A DNA stretch of 64,000 nt, taken from Pontiella sp. (GTDB taxonomy: Bacteria; Verrucomicrobiota; Kiritimatiellia; Kiritimatiellales; Pontiellaceae). The translations under genes and the position numbers were made by a program. A model generated the notes under the pieces. That model saw only the letters and a program-made list of their open reading frames with translations. It did no database searches and was not told where the DNA came from. Location: assembly GCA_050290185.1 (NCBI GenBank), contig JBNKHE010000006.1, forward strand, positions 1-64,000. The letters are read 5' to 3'. This document shows positions 43,026 through 53,502 of this stretch, one piece after another. How positions within the stretch are numbered: the first letter of the stretch is position 1; each line of letters opens with the position of its first letter.

Positions 43026-44699
43026 TCAGGCTGCCGCGGTTTGGCGGCGCACGAGTTCCGCGCCGACCTTGCGCCGGGCGGCCCGCTGGTCGAGTATGCC
43101 CAGCAACTTTCCGCTCTCCTCGCTTTCGATGACCGGCAAGGCTTCCACTTGCGTATCGTGCAGCTCGCGCAAGGCCTCGGCCAGATTCATATTGGCCAGC
43201 AGGCGATCGTGCAGCGGTTGCATTACATCGCCAACCACCAGCCACAGCCAGGTATCGCGGTCGATCAAAACCTCTTTGAGCATGTCGAACGTCAAGACCC
43301 CGACAATGGTACCTTCCCCGGTAACGACGGGATACACGAGAGTGTCCTGCTCGGCAAAGTGCTGCACCACTTCGGCCAGCGGCGTACCCTCTTGCAAGGG
43401 TACGATGCCGGTATCAACAACATCCGACACCTTCAGCTCGGCCATCACGTCTTCTTCGGTCACATTACGGCCAATTTCCCCCGCCTTCTTGATCGCCAGC
43501 TTGGCAAACGCGGGGCCGATCAGCTGGACGCACAGGGTGGTTGCCGTGACGGTGAAGATGATCATGTCGCCCAGGCTCATCCCCTCGACCACCTGGATAT
43601 GCTGGAGGTTCTGGCTGGCGACGATCGACAGACCAACCGCCACGCCGCCCTGCGCGAAAAGAGCCATACCCATATAATTCTGGACCGGCTTTTCGGCCTT
43701 GGAAATGCGGGCGCCCAGGTAGGACCCAACCCATTTACCGATACTGCGCATCAGCACATAGGCCACCACCAGTCCCCAGAGCCAAGGCGGCATGTTGCCC
43801 AGCGAAAGACGCGCGCCAACGAGCACGAAGAAAATAATGTAGATCGGCGTCGAAAAAGACCGGATGACCTCGAACAACTGCTTACTGCGCTTGGGCGCCA
43901 GATTGATCAACACAATGCCGACCGACATCGTAGCCAGAATGACATCCATGCCGAAAGCCACCGCCAAACCGATGCACAGCAGGATGATGCCAATCGAAAT
44001 CCCCAGTCGTTTTTCTGTCTGGGGCATATAGTGCATCATGGCGTTAAGCACAAAGCCGGATGCGACCCCCAGAACGATGGCGCCACCGAGTTCGATCAAG
44101 GTGTGAAGCATGGTTAGCCCAACCGATTCGCCGCCACTGTTCGCCAGAATCGAGGCGATGCTGGTGCCCAGTCCGTAGAGCGTCATGGCCAGGGCGTCGT
44201 CGAGCGCCACGATGGCAACGATGGCGGTGGTCAGCACCCCAGCGGAGCGGTATTCCCAGAGCACGTCGATCGTCGAGGCCGGGTCCGTGGCCGAGGCAAT
44301 CGCCCCGAAAACGATGCCGGCCGCAATCGCCATGATCCAGTCGTGACCGACAAAATAGACGATCACCGTCGATGCAATCCCCACCAGAAAGAACGCCGCC
44401 AGCCCCTCGCCCAGCAGAATGGCCGTGAACTGCTTGCCGTATTTTTTGAAGATGCTTCCACTCAGCTCGCCGCCCACCAGAAAGCCGATCAGCCCCAGCG
44501 CAAAGTTGTTGAAGGGCCGCAGCGCTGCGATGTCTCCGGGATGCAGCAAGCCCAGTCCGGTATCGCCAATCAGTACGCCGACGACAATGTAGCCGACAAC
44601 CTGTGGAATGTTCAGGCGCTGGAAGATCCATGCGCCAACCACTCCACCGGCCACGCAAATGCCCAGCACCGCTAAAACGCCAAGGTGGAAATCAGGCAT
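43026..44699 (-). CDS. Cation:proton antiporter (CPA superfamily) with C-terminal CBS pair
   Basis: IPQVVGYIVVGVLIG, SATDPAST, VALDDA, FFVLVGARL, QGGVAVGL; YPVV..EGTIVGVL and LPVI...GKLLGIL. Confidence 0.9.
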   Translation of the reverse strand: MPDFHLGVLAVLGICVAGGVVGAWIFQRLNIPQVVGYIVVGVLIGDTGLGLLHPGDIAALRPFNNFALGLIGFLVGGELSGSIFKKYGKQFTAILLGEGLAAFFLVGIASTVIVYFVGHDWIMAIAAGIVFGAIASATDPASTIDVLWEYRSAGVLTTAIVAIVALDDALAMTLYGLGTSIASILANSGGESVGLTMLHTLIELGGAIVLGVASGFVLNAMMHYMPQTEKRLGISIGIILLCIGLAVAFGMDVILATMSVGIVLINLAPKRSKQLFEVIRSFSTPIYIIFFVLVGARLSLGNMPPWLWGLVVAYVLMRSIGKWVGSYLGARISKAEKPVQNYMGMALFAQGGVAVGLSIVASQNLQHIQVVEGMSLGDMIIFTVTATTLCVQLIGPAFAKLAIKKAGEIGRNVTEEDVMAELKVSDVVDTGIVPLQEGTPLAEVVQHFAEQDTLVYPVVTGEGTIVGVLTFDMLKEVLIDRDTWLWLVVGDVMQPLHDRLLANMNLAEALRELHDTQVEALPVIESEESGKLLGILDQRAARRKVGAELVRRQTAAA

Positions 44700-44703
44700 C
44701 GCT

Positions 44704-45354
44704 TTACCCCTCTGCCATTAGTTGTGAATAGATGAAGGCGGGATCGTCGGAAGCAATGATCTTCTCGCGAGTGGCGCCATCCTTCAGACGACTGCTCACC
44801 GCCGAGAGTGTCCGGATATACTTGGTGTGCTGGTCTTGGCGGGCTGCCAGCATACAGACAATCTGCACCGGTTGGTTGTCGAGCGAGGAATAGCCGGAAA
44901 TGGGTCGCTTGCTGACCGCCACCGCCATGACCAGATCAGACACGGAATCGATGCGCACATGCGGCACGCCAATGCCAAAGCCAATGCCGGTGCTCATCAG
45001 TTCTTCTCGGGCAAAAATGCCGTTAAGCAGCTCGTCCCGGTTGTGCACCAACGATGAGGTTGCCAATAGATCAACCAGTTTCGTCAACACAGTCTTCTTG
45101 TCCACCTCTTCGAGAATGGAAATTCGTTCCGGGGTCAACAGGGAGGATCCGCCCTTACCAGTCGAAGCAATCGCAGGAGCCGACTTGCTGGAAAGCCGTG
45201 TGTTGACCCAGTTTTCCACATCCTCGCGCTTGAAGCGCCAAGTCGTACCCAGCTTACCACCGGGCAGGTCACCCTTTTGCGCCCAGTCATACACCGTTCG
45301 CTCAGAAACCCGCAAATATGCGGCCACTTCCTCAATTGTCATGATTTCGTGCAT
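44704..45354 (-). CDS. HTH_17 (excisionase/MerR-like) DNA-binding domain fused to PTS EIIA(Ntr)
   Basis: IMTIEEVAAYLRVSERTVYDWAQKGDLPGGKLGTTWRF; AREELMSTGIGFGIGVPHVR; GGAGG SD. Confidence 0.9.
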   Translation of the reverse strand: MHEIMTIEEVAAYLRVSERTVYDWAQKGDLPGGKLGTTWRFKREDVENWVNTRLSSKSAPAIASTGKGGSSLLTPERISILEEVDKKTVLTKLVDLLATSSLVHNRDELLNGIFAREELMSTGIGFGIGVPHVRIDSVSDLVMAVAVSKRPISGYSSLDNQPVQIVCMLAARQDQHTKYIRTLSAVSSRLKDGATREKIIASDDPAFIYSQLMAEG

Positions 45355-45506
45355 ATACGCATCCCTCCGTGAATATTCGCGGGAAATTACATCATACCGC
45401 ACTGTATGCAACATAAATGTTGGGTTTGTTTCGAACTGCACTTTATCCTGTTCATTGTCCTCGCTGGATTTTATCTTGCCCTTTTAACCGTTGAGGGTCG
45501 ATTTCC

Positions 45507-48500
45507 GTGAGTAAAGTGCCGTTTTGCCATCTTCATTTCCATACCTGCTACAGCCTGCTGGACAGTGCTGTGAAGATTAAGGATGCCGTCAAGGCGGCCA
45601 AGGACATGGGGATGGATTATCTGGCAATGACCGACCATGGCGTGCTGTATGGCGCGGTCGAATTCTATAAAACCGCCCGGAATGCCGGCATCAAACCGAT
45701 CATCGGCTGCGAGGTCTACGTGGCGCGCCACGGAATCGAGGAGCGAAGCTCCCAGCGCAACAACCTGCACCTCGTCCTGCTGGCCGAAACGCAGGAAGGC
45801 TACGAGAATCTCGTCAAGCTCGTATCCCATGCCCACCTCGAAGGCGTATACTACAAACCACGCATTGACAAGGAATTGATACGAAAACACAGCAAAGGAC
45901 TCATCGGCCTCTCCGCCTGCCTGCGCGGCGAGGTGAATGAGGCCTGTATGAATGGCGATATCGACAGGGCCGAGGAGCTGGCCCGGGAATATTCCGACAT
46001 TCTGGGTGAGAACAACTTTTTCCTCGAACTGCAGGACCATGGAATTGCCGATGAAAAAACGGCCCGGAAGAACATGCTGGAGGTGGCCAGACGCACCGGC
46101 TTGCCGCTGGTGGCAACCAACGATGTCCACTATGTAAGGAAAGAACACTCGGAAGCACACGATGTGCTGATCTGCCTGCAGCGCGGCGACCTCGTCGCCG
46201 ATCCAAACCGCCACCGCTACGAAGCCGGGCAGTTCTATATGAAAAGCGGCGAAGAGATGGCCGCCCTCTTCCCCGATCAGCCCGAAGCCATTGCCAACAC
46301 CATCGAAATCGCCAAACGCTGCAACGTGGAATTCTTCTTCCCCGAAAAAGCAGAGGACCTCCACTTTCCAAAATTCCCGTTGCCGGATGGCTTTAAGCAC
46401 GACAAAGACTACCTCATCCACCTTGGTAAAACGGGCCTGAAAAAGCTCTATGATATCGAAGACCTCGACCATCCGAAGGACCAGCGCGAGCAGGAAATCA
46501 AGGAACGCTTCGACTACGAAGTCGGCGTCATCGAGAAAACCAACTACATCAACTATTTCCTCGTGGTGGCCGACTTCATCCAGTACGCCCGGCGCGACGG
46601 CGTTCCAGTGGGCCCCGGCCGCGGTTCGGGTGCCGGCTCGCTACTGGCCTACTCGCTGGAAATCACTACGGTCGACCCGCTCAAGTACAGCCTGATCTTC
46701 GAACGCTTCCTCAACCCCGAACGCGTCTCGCCGCCCGACTTCGATATCGACTTCTGTCCGACCCGGCGGCAGGACGTGATCAAATATGTACGCGACAAGT
46801 ATGGCGAGGACTGCGTGGCGCAGATCATCACCTTTGGAACGCTCGGCGCCAAAACGCTGATGCGCGATCTGGGCCGCGTGCTCGAGATTCCACTGCCCTA
46901 CTGCGACCGGCTCGCCAAGATGATTCCCGAAACCCCCGGAACCACCCTTGAGAAGGCGCTGGCCGAAAGCCCTGATTTCAAAAAAGCCACGGAAACCGAG
47001 GAGGATGCGCGGCGCATCATGAAGTATGCCCGCGTGCTCGAAGGGTTGCCGCGCCATACCGGTATGCACGCCGCCGGGGTCGTGATTGGTGAAAAACCGC
47101 TGATTGAGATCATCCCGCTGACGCGCGAGCCCAAGGAAAAGCTCATCGTTGTGCAGTTCGAAAAGGGGCCGACCGAAGAGATCGGCTTGCTTAAAATGGA
47201 CTTCCTCGGGCTGAAAAACCTGACGACGATTTACGAAGCCTGCGCGCTGATCAAGCGCAACCACAACATTGCACTCGATCCGGAAAAGCTGCCGATCGAC
47301 GATACGAAAGCCTTCGAACTGCTGGCGCGCGGTGATACGGTCGGCGTGTTTCAGCTGGAATCCGGCGGCATGCGCGACACACTCCGGCAGGTGGCTCCCG
47401 ACTGCATTGAGGACATTATCGCTATTCTGGCGCTCTATCGCCCCGGCCCGATGCAGTTCATTCCCACCTTTACCAAGCGCAAGCATGGGCTGGAAAAGGT
47501 CGAGTACGACCACCCCCTGCTCGAAGAGATCCTGAAAGAGACCAACGGCATCATCGTCTATCAGGAACAGATCCAGCAAGCCGCACAGAAGCTCGCCGGC
47601 TTTTCGTTGGGGCAAGGGGATATCCTGCGGCGCGCCATGGGCAAGAAAAAGCCGGAGGTCATGGCCGAACAGCGCGGCAAGTTCGTCGAGGGCTGTAAAA
47701 CAACCAACAACATCGACGCCAAGCTCGCCGGCATCATTTTCGACAACATCGAGAAGTTTGCGCAATACGGCTTCAACAAGTCGCACTCGACGGCCTACGG
47801 TTTCGTCACCTACCAAACTGCCTGGCTGAAGGCGCACTATCCCGCCGAATTCATGGCCTCCCTGCTGTCGGGAGAAATGGGCAATTCCGATAAGCTGACC
47901 GGATTCATCGGCGAAGCCAAGGAGATGGGCATCGACGTCATGCCGCCCTGCGTCAACGAATCCATCGCTCGCTTCAATGCCGTCCCCGACGGAAGCGGAA
48001 TCCGTTTTGGCATGGCTGCCGTCAAGGGTGTTGGAGAAGGCGTTGTGGCGGACATCGTGGAGGAACGCGATGAAAACGGCCCCTACTCAGGCCTGATGGA
48101 TTTTTGCTCCCGTGTGCCGGGAGCCAGCAAGAAAGTGCTCGAAAGCCTGATCCGGTGCGGAGCATTCGACTTCACCGGCATCCACCGCGCACGGCTGTTC
48201 AACGGAATTGATACGGCCATCGGCCGTGCGGCCGAAGCGCTGAAAGACAAGCGGTCCGGCCAATGCTCCATGTTTGATATGATGGGTGGAGACGAAGACA
48301 GCCCTGCGGATTCCGACGAGGAGCTGGACGATGTAAAACCGTGGTCCGAGTCCGAAATGCTGGCGGCGGAGAAAGAGTTGATCGGTTTTTTCATCTCGGG
48401 ACACCCGCTGGCGCGCCATGAGTGGGCGCTCGATCGGTTTGCCCTTACACGGATTAAAGATATCCAGAAGCTCCCGGCAGGCGCCCGTACCCGCGTTGGC

Positions 48501-49049
48501 GGCATGGTGACCGAAATGCGTAAACTCTTTACCAAGAAGGATCAAAAACCGATGGCCACCTTCCGCATCGAAGGCTTGGAAGGCTCGATCAATGCCATCA
48601 TCTTTCCCAATCCATTCGAGCAATACGGCCTCCTTATCGAAGAGGATGCCACCCTGATGTTCGGGGGCATTATGATGGAAGAAGATAGCGGTGATCTTAA
48701 GTTTCAGGTGATGGAAATCTTCCCGTTGGAACAGGCCTCCTCATTGTTTTGTGATCGCGTCAGCATCCACCTGCCCGAAATGGGGGTGAACGAGCACGTG
48801 ATGGAAACGTTGCGCGATGTGGCAACGGAATTCCGCGGCAGCATCCCATTGCACCTGTGCATCGAATTTGTCGATGGCCCGAAGGTATTCATCAATGCCG
48901 ACCACGCCTTCAAGGTGCGTCCATGCCCGGAACTGGAACACAAAATCGAACAAACCATCGGCGAAGATCTCGTCTACATCGCCGCCAAGTCGGATCCGTT
49001 GCGCAATCCGCCGCCAGAGCGGAAATGGCAGAATAGAAATCGGCAATAG
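45507..49049 (+). CDS. dnaE: DNA polymerase III alpha subunit
   Basis: [54 protein letters not shown]. Confidence 0.98.
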   Translation: MSKVPFCHLHFHTCYSLLDSAVKIKDAVKAAKDMGMDYLAMTDHGVLYGAVEFYKTARNAGIKPIIGCEVYVARHGIEERSSQRNNLHLVLLAETQEGYENLVKLVSHAHLEGVYYKPRIDKELIRKHSKGLIGLSACLRGEVNEACMNGDIDRAEELAREYSDILGENNFFLELQDHGIADEKTARKNMLEVARRTGLPLVATNDVHYVRKEHSEAHDVLICLQRGDLVADPNRHRYEAGQFYMKSGEEMAALFPDQPEAIANTIEIAKRCNVEFFFPEKAEDLHFPKFPLPDGFKHDKDYLIHLGKTGLKKLYDIEDLDHPKDQREQEIKERFDYEVGVIEKTNYINYFLVVADFIQYARRDGVPVGPGRGSGAGSLLAYSLEITTVDPLKYSLIFERFLNPERVSPPDFDIDFCPTRRQDVIKYVRDKYGEDCVAQIITFGTLGAKTLMRDLGRVLEIPLPYCDRLAKMIPETPGTTLEKALAESPDFKKATETEEDARRIMKYARVLEGLPRHTGMHAAGVVIGEKPLIEIIPLTREPKEKLIVVQFEKGPTEEIGLLKMDFLGLKNLTTIYEACALIKRNHNIALDPEKLPIDDTKAFELLARGDTVGVFQLESGGMRDTLRQVAPDCIEDIIAILALYRPGPMQFIPTFTKRKHGLEKVEYDHPLLEEILKETNGIIVYQEQIQQAAQKLAGFSLGQGDILRRAMGKKKPEVMAEQRGKFVEGCKTTNNIDAKLAGIIFDNIEKFAQYGFNKSHSTAYGFVTYQTAWLKAHYPAEFMASLLSGEMGNSDKLTGFIGEAKEMGIDVMPPCVNESIARFNAVPDGSGIRFGMAAVKGVGEGVVADIVEERDENGPYSGLMDFCSRVPGASKKVLESLIRCGAFDFTGIHRARLFNGIDTAIGRAAEALKDKRSGQCSMFDMMGGDEDSPADSDEELDDVKPWSESEMLAAEKELIGFFISGHPLARHEWALDRFALTRIKDIQKLPAGARTRVGGMVTEMRKLFTKKDQKPMATFRIEGLEGSINAIIFPNPFEQYGLLIEEDATLMFGGIMMEEDSGDLKFQVMEIFPLEQASSLFCDRVSIHLPEMGVNEHVMETLRDVATEFRGSIPLHLCIEFVDGPKVFINADHAFKVRPCPELEHKIEQTIGEDLVYIAAKSDPLRNPPPERKWQNRNRQ

Positions 49050-49062
49050 GCCATACGACTCC

Positions 49063-49959
49063 ATGAAATACCAATCCAAACATGTCCTTGAATACAGCCT
49101 GCTCGTTCTAATGAGCGGCTTAATCCGCATCCTTCCGTTACGCGTCGCGCTGGCGCTGGCATGGCTTGCTGCCGCAGCAAGCCATTTTATCGGACGGGTT
49201 CATGTGGAGCGCACCCGTCAACGCGTGCGACAGGTGCTTGGCCCGGGCGCCTCCGAAAGGCGGATCCGTCATATTGCCTGGATAGCCTGGAGGAACCTGT
49301 TCTTCAACGCGATCGATGGCTTCCGCTTCACCAGGCTGACACCGGAAAAGATCCGCAAAATGCCGCTGGCCCATGTTGAATCCGATCTGAAACAAATTCA
49401 AAACGAATGCGAAAACGGATTCATTCTGGCGACGCCGCACATGGGCAACTGGGAAATCGCGGGGATTGCGGGCGATCTGCTCGACTTCCCGCTTTTTGTC
49501 ATTGTCCGGAAACAGAAAAACCCGCTGATCAACAACTACATCAACAAGATGCGCCGTTCGTTCACTCTTGAAGTGCTGCACCGGGAAAGCAAGATATGGA
49601 AGGGCGTCGCCGACCGGATCAAGCAAGGAAAGATTTTGGCGATCCTGCCGGATATCGGCGTCCGTGCGCGGGGTATAAACGTGGACTATCTCAACGGCAA
49701 AGCAACGATTGCACCCGGAACAGCCCACTTCGCCCAGCTTGCCAACTGCCCCATCTATCCCATCTTTGTCCGGCGCATAGGCTGGACGCAGCACGACGTT
49801 GTACTGCTTGATCCGATCATGCCGGATCCATCGGCCGACCGCGACGAGGACCAGCACCGGATCATGCAGGAAATCATGACCGCGTTCACCTCGGAAATCC
49901 TGAAGACGCCGGAGCAGTATTTCTGGCATAACAAACGCTGGGTACTTGATGCAAATTAG
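49063..49959 (+). CDS. Lipid A biosynthesis (LpxL/HtrB-like) acyltransferase
   Basis: HMGNWE, LAILPD, PEQYFWHNKRW. Confidence 0.88.
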   Translation: MKYQSKHVLEYSLLVLMSGLIRILPLRVALALAWLAAAASHFIGRVHVERTRQRVRQVLGPGASERRIRHIAWIAWRNLFFNAIDGFRFTRLTPEKIRKMPLAHVESDLKQIQNECENGFILATPHMGNWEIAGIAGDLLDFPLFVIVRKQKNPLINNYINKMRRSFTLEVLHRESKIWKGVADRIKQGKILAILPDIGVRARGINVDYLNGKATIAPGTAHFAQLANCPIYPIFVRRIGWTQHDVVLLDPIMPDPSADRDEDQHRIMQEIMTAFTSEILKTPEQYFWHNKRWVLDAN

Positions 49960-49974
49960 GAAAGGAGCACTGCC

Positions 49975-50295
49975 ATGTTCATTGTCCATGTTTTCATTCA
50001 CGTGAAACCTGAATGCGTTGCCGACTTCAAGACGGCCACTCTCTCAAACGTGCAAAACTCCATACAGGAAAAAGGCATTGCCCGGTTCGATTTTATCGAA
50101 CAGCTGGATGACCCAAACCGCTTTGTGCTGGTGGAGGTCTACCGCCACCCCGACGCGGCAGCCCGACATAAGGAAACAGCACATTATATGGTGTGGAGGG
50201 ATACCGTGGAACACATGATGAAGGAACCACGCTCCAGCATAAAGTTCACGAATATTGCGCCGGAGGATCGCGGCTGGGATTCTGCAAACGCATAG
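49975..50295 (+). CDS. ABM-domain protein (LsrG/quinol monooxygenase-like)
   Basis: [27 protein letters not shown]. Confidence 0.88.
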   Translation: MFIVHVFIHVKPECVADFKTATLSNVQNSIQEKGIARFDFIEQLDDPNRFVLVEVYRHPDAAARHKETAHYMVWRDTVEHMMKEPRSSIKFTNIAPEDRGWDSANA

Positions 50296-50355
50296 TAACT
50301 GGCGGATAGCCAGCTTGTTGTGCAATTTAGGCATGTTAATTGCTATTCTCTGATC

Positions 50356-51198
50356 ATGATGATTAGGAAATACAATATGTTGAGTGTACCGTTTTTTGCG
50401 TTTTTCTCAAAAAAGGCCTATCGGGAGGTCGGAAAAAACTGGCGGGGCGTAAATCTGGGATATCTATTCCTCCTGCTGGCCGTTTGCTGCCTGCCCCCGG
50501 CACTCATCTGGCGCAACCACCTCATCCAATCACTGGAAAGTAATCAGACCCATCTACTCAACCAGCTTCCGGATATCCAGATTTCCAATGGTCAGGTGAT
50601 CGTTGATCAACACCAACCCTATTACATTACACGGAAAGACGGGACACCAGCCGTCATCATTGATACCACCGGAAGCATGAACTACATCGCCGACCCGCAT
50701 GTAGTAGCCCTGCTTATGGAATCGTCGCTGATCGTTCGAAGCGGTAAAAACACCTTCAACACCATTGACCTCTCCGGCGTAACCGATTTCCATCTCACTA
50801 AAAATATTGCCGCCGGCTGGATCCAGATGACTCACGATGCGCTGGTCCCTCTCTCCTATGGCCTGCTACTTCTGCTTTCGTACATTTTTGCGGTGATCGT
50901 GATGGTTCTGGCAGCTGTGTTCGGCCTGATTCTGGCCAAGGTGATGCATGGCACCATGCGTTTTACCAGTGCCTTGCGGATTGCCACGGTTGCGGCGACG
51001 CCATCGATTATCTTTATAACCATTTCGGCCGCGCTGGGTGTTGGCATTTCCCTAGGGATCCACCTAGCGGTTACGTTGATTTATTTGGTGGCAGGAATCA
51101 AGGTATGCGCCCAGCCCCTTGACTCAACCGACGAAGCGCACGTTGACCTGACGGCCTGCCTGCATGAAGAAGCGGTCGAAACCCGGCATGCTGCGTAA
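50356..51198 (+). CDS. DUF1189-like membrane protein
   Basis: FFSKKAYREV..W.G..LGYLFLL, LPDIQISNG, IIDTTG, ALRIATVAATP; start uncertain. Confidence 0.65.
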   Translation: MMIRKYNMLSVPFFAFFSKKAYREVGKNWRGVNLGYLFLLLAVCCLPPALIWRNHLIQSLESNQTHLLNQLPDIQISNGQVIVDQHQPYYITRKDGTPAVIIDTTGSMNYIADPHVVALLMESSLIVRSGKNTFNTIDLSGVTDFHLTKNIAAGWIQMTHDALVPLSYGLLLLLSYIFAVIVMVLAAVFGLILAKVMHGTMRFTSALRIATVAATPSIIFITISAALGVGISLGIHLAVTLIYLVAGIKVCAQPLDSTDEAHVDLTACLHEEAVETRHAA

Positions 51199-51243
51199 GC
51201 GGATTATTTGTGATCCCGTTTCCCTAACGGAGAGGGATAGCGG

Positions 51244-52518
51244 TTACGCTTGTTTTTCCAGACGCTTCAACCCGCCCATATAAGGCCATATCGCTTCGGG
51301 CAGATCGATCGACCCGTCGGCGTGCTGGTTGTTTTCCATGATGGCGATCACCAGCCGCGGCAATGCGACACCTGAACCATTGATGGTATGCACGAAACCG
51401 GGTTTCCCCTCTTCATTGCGGTAGCGGATATTGGCCCGGCGCGCCTGGTAATCCTTAAAGTTGGAGCAGGAAGAAACCTCCAGCCACTTATCCTGCGCCG
51501 GCGCCCAAAGCTCGATATCGTAGCATTTCGCCGCACTGAAGCCCAGATCCCCGGTACACAGCTCGATCACACGATAATGAAGGCCCAGCTTCTGCAGCAC
51601 TTTTTCAGCATCCAACGTCAGCTTTTCATGTTCTTCCTCCGACGTTTCGGGTGTGGTGAATTTCACCATTTCCACTTTGTCGAACTGATGAACGCGCAGC
51701 AGGCCGCGGGTATCCTTGCCGGCGGACCCGGCTTCGCGCCTAAAGCAGGGCGTATAGGCCGTGTGGCAGATCGGAAGCTCCTGGTCGAGGATTTCGTTGC
51801 CATACATGTTGGTCACCGGCACTTCCGCCGTAGGGATCGGATAGAGCTCATCCAACGTGACATTATACATATCTTCCGCAAACTTGGGCAGCTGGCCGGT
51901 GCCGGTCATGGCGGTGGCATTGCACATGAACGGCGGGGCGATTTCGGTATAGCCGTTTTCCTCAGTGTGCAGATCCAGCATAAACTGGATCAGCGCCCGC
52001 TCCAGTTTCGCGCCGCGCCCCGTGAAGAGCGGGAAGCCGGAACCGGAAATCTTTGCGCCACGGGCCAAATCGAACAGGCCAAGCTCCTCGCCAAGCTCCC
52101 AATGGGGAACAGGTTCGAAATCGAACGTCTTTTTTTCGCCCCATGAGCGTACAACCGGGTTGGCGGTTTCGTCCTTTCCAACCGGAGTCGTGTCCGAAGG
52201 CATGTTGGGAATATATAGCAGGGCTTCGCGCATTTGGGCATCGATACCGCGCAGCTCTTCGTCGTAGGAAGAGATCTTATCGCCCATTTCACGCACCTGC
52301 GCCTTGATTTCTTCAGGATCTTTTCCCTCTTTGATCATTTGGCCGATGCTCTTGGAAATGCGGTTCCGCTCTGCCTTCAGTTCCTCGGCGTCGGAGACGA
52401 GCGCACGGCGCCGGCTATCGAGCGCCAGTACGGCATCGATGTCGACTTCGGCATTCCGGTTGGCCATGGCGACCGTCACGGCATCGGTATTTTCACGAAT
52501 AAAACGGATATCCAGCAT
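51244..52518 (-). CDS. serS: Serine--tRNA ligase
   Basis: MLDIRFIREN, TGQLPKF, PTAEVP, FRREAGSAG, HQFDKVE, EVSSCSN, TINGSG. Confidence 0.98.
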   Translation of the reverse strand: MLDIRFIRENTDAVTVAMANRNAEVDIDAVLALDSRRRALVSDAEELKAERNRISKSIGQMIKEGKDPEEIKAQVREMGDKISSYDEELRGIDAQMREALLYIPNMPSDTTPVGKDETANPVVRSWGEKKTFDFEPVPHWELGEELGLFDLARGAKISGSGFPLFTGRGAKLERALIQFMLDLHTEENGYTEIAPPFMCNATAMTGTGQLPKFAEDMYNVTLDELYPIPTAEVPVTNMYGNEILDQELPICHTAYTPCFRREAGSAGKDTRGLLRVHQFDKVEMVKFTTPETSEEEHEKLTLDAEKVLQKLGLHYRVIELCTGDLGFSAAKCYDIELWAPAQDKWLEVSSCSNFKDYQARRANIRYRNEEGKPGFVHTINGSGVALPRLVIAIMENNQHADGSIDLPEAIWPYMGGLKRLEKQA

Positions 52519-52824
52519 AACTCGCCCCTTTGGGAGCGGCCAAGCCGCTCCGGTTCTTGGTTGTTTGTTGTTGGTTGATGCAGATGCCCGAATAACGATC
52601 TCTCATCAACTTATCAACTGAATCAGCACAGCAGATCAAAAAACGGTTCGTATTATTCGCCGAACCCAGGGCTTTTTGGAAGCGGGAATTCGTATTTTCA
52701 GCCAAAAATCCCTTTCCGGGAAGCGGACAAACGGCTCGCTCCGATTTTCCTGCCAATGAACTATGCGCTTTTATTTTCAAAAGAGCTTTCGTAAGATTTA
52801 TTTGAATCGAATGAGGGAAGCCCC

Positions 52825-53430
52825 ATGAATGTTTCTGCCGCCATCCAAAGCCGCCGTTCCGCCAAACACTTTGACGCTGACCATAAAATGAGCAAGAAGG
52901 AGATCGAGAAGCTTCTCTCGCTCGGAATAAAATCGCCGACGGCATTCAATATCCAGAACTGGCGTTTCGTTGTCGTGCAGGATCCGGTACTGCGTAAAAA
53001 GATCCGGGCCGCCTCGTGGGATCAACCGCAGGTCACCGACGCCTCGCTGCTAATCATTCTTTGCGCCGATCTTAAGGCATGGGAAAAGGAACCGGTCCGC
53101 TATTGGCGGTCTGCGCCCGAACCGGTGCGCGAATTCATCATTCCGGCCATACGCAACTATTATGAAGGGCTTGATCAGGTTCAGCGCGATGAAGCCATGC
53201 GCTCCTGCGGCATCGCAGCCCAAACCCTGATGCTCGCCGCCAAATCCATGGGCTACGACTCCTGCCCCATGGATGGGTTCGACTTTGATACCGTCGCCGA
53301 TCTGATCCATCTTCCGGACGATCACGCCATCTGCCTTTTCGTCGCCATTGGCAAATCCATCGACGAGCCATCTCCTGACACCAAGGACACGCTTCCCTTT
53401 GACGAGGTGGTCATCAACGACACCTTTTGA
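52825..53430 (+). CDS. Nitroreductase family protein
   Basis: RRSAKHFD, SPTAFNIQNWRF, GYDSCPMDGFD. Confidence 0.92.
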   Translation: MNVSAAIQSRRSAKHFDADHKMSKKEIEKLLSLGIKSPTAFNIQNWRFVVVQDPVLRKKIRAASWDQPQVTDASLLIILCADLKAWEKEPVRYWRSAPEPVREFIIPAIRNYYEGLDQVQRDEAMRSCGIAAQTLMLAAKSMGYDSCPMDGFDFDTVADLIHLPDDHAICLFVAIGKSIDEPSPDTKDTLPFDEVVINDTF

Positions 53431-53502
53431 TAGCGAACGACTACCGACAAACCAGCATTCTTCCATCGGCATTCTGTAGTAGATTCTGCTACATTCCGGT
53501 GT

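Noticed and set aside
44704..45354. Excisionase-like HTH as a sign of a prophage or integrative element
   Set aside because: It is fused to EIIA and heads a transporter operon; no integrase, att repeats or phage genes are nearby
45507..49049. Intein in dnaE
   Set aside because: Length is normal (1180 aa) and no splicing motifs are seen
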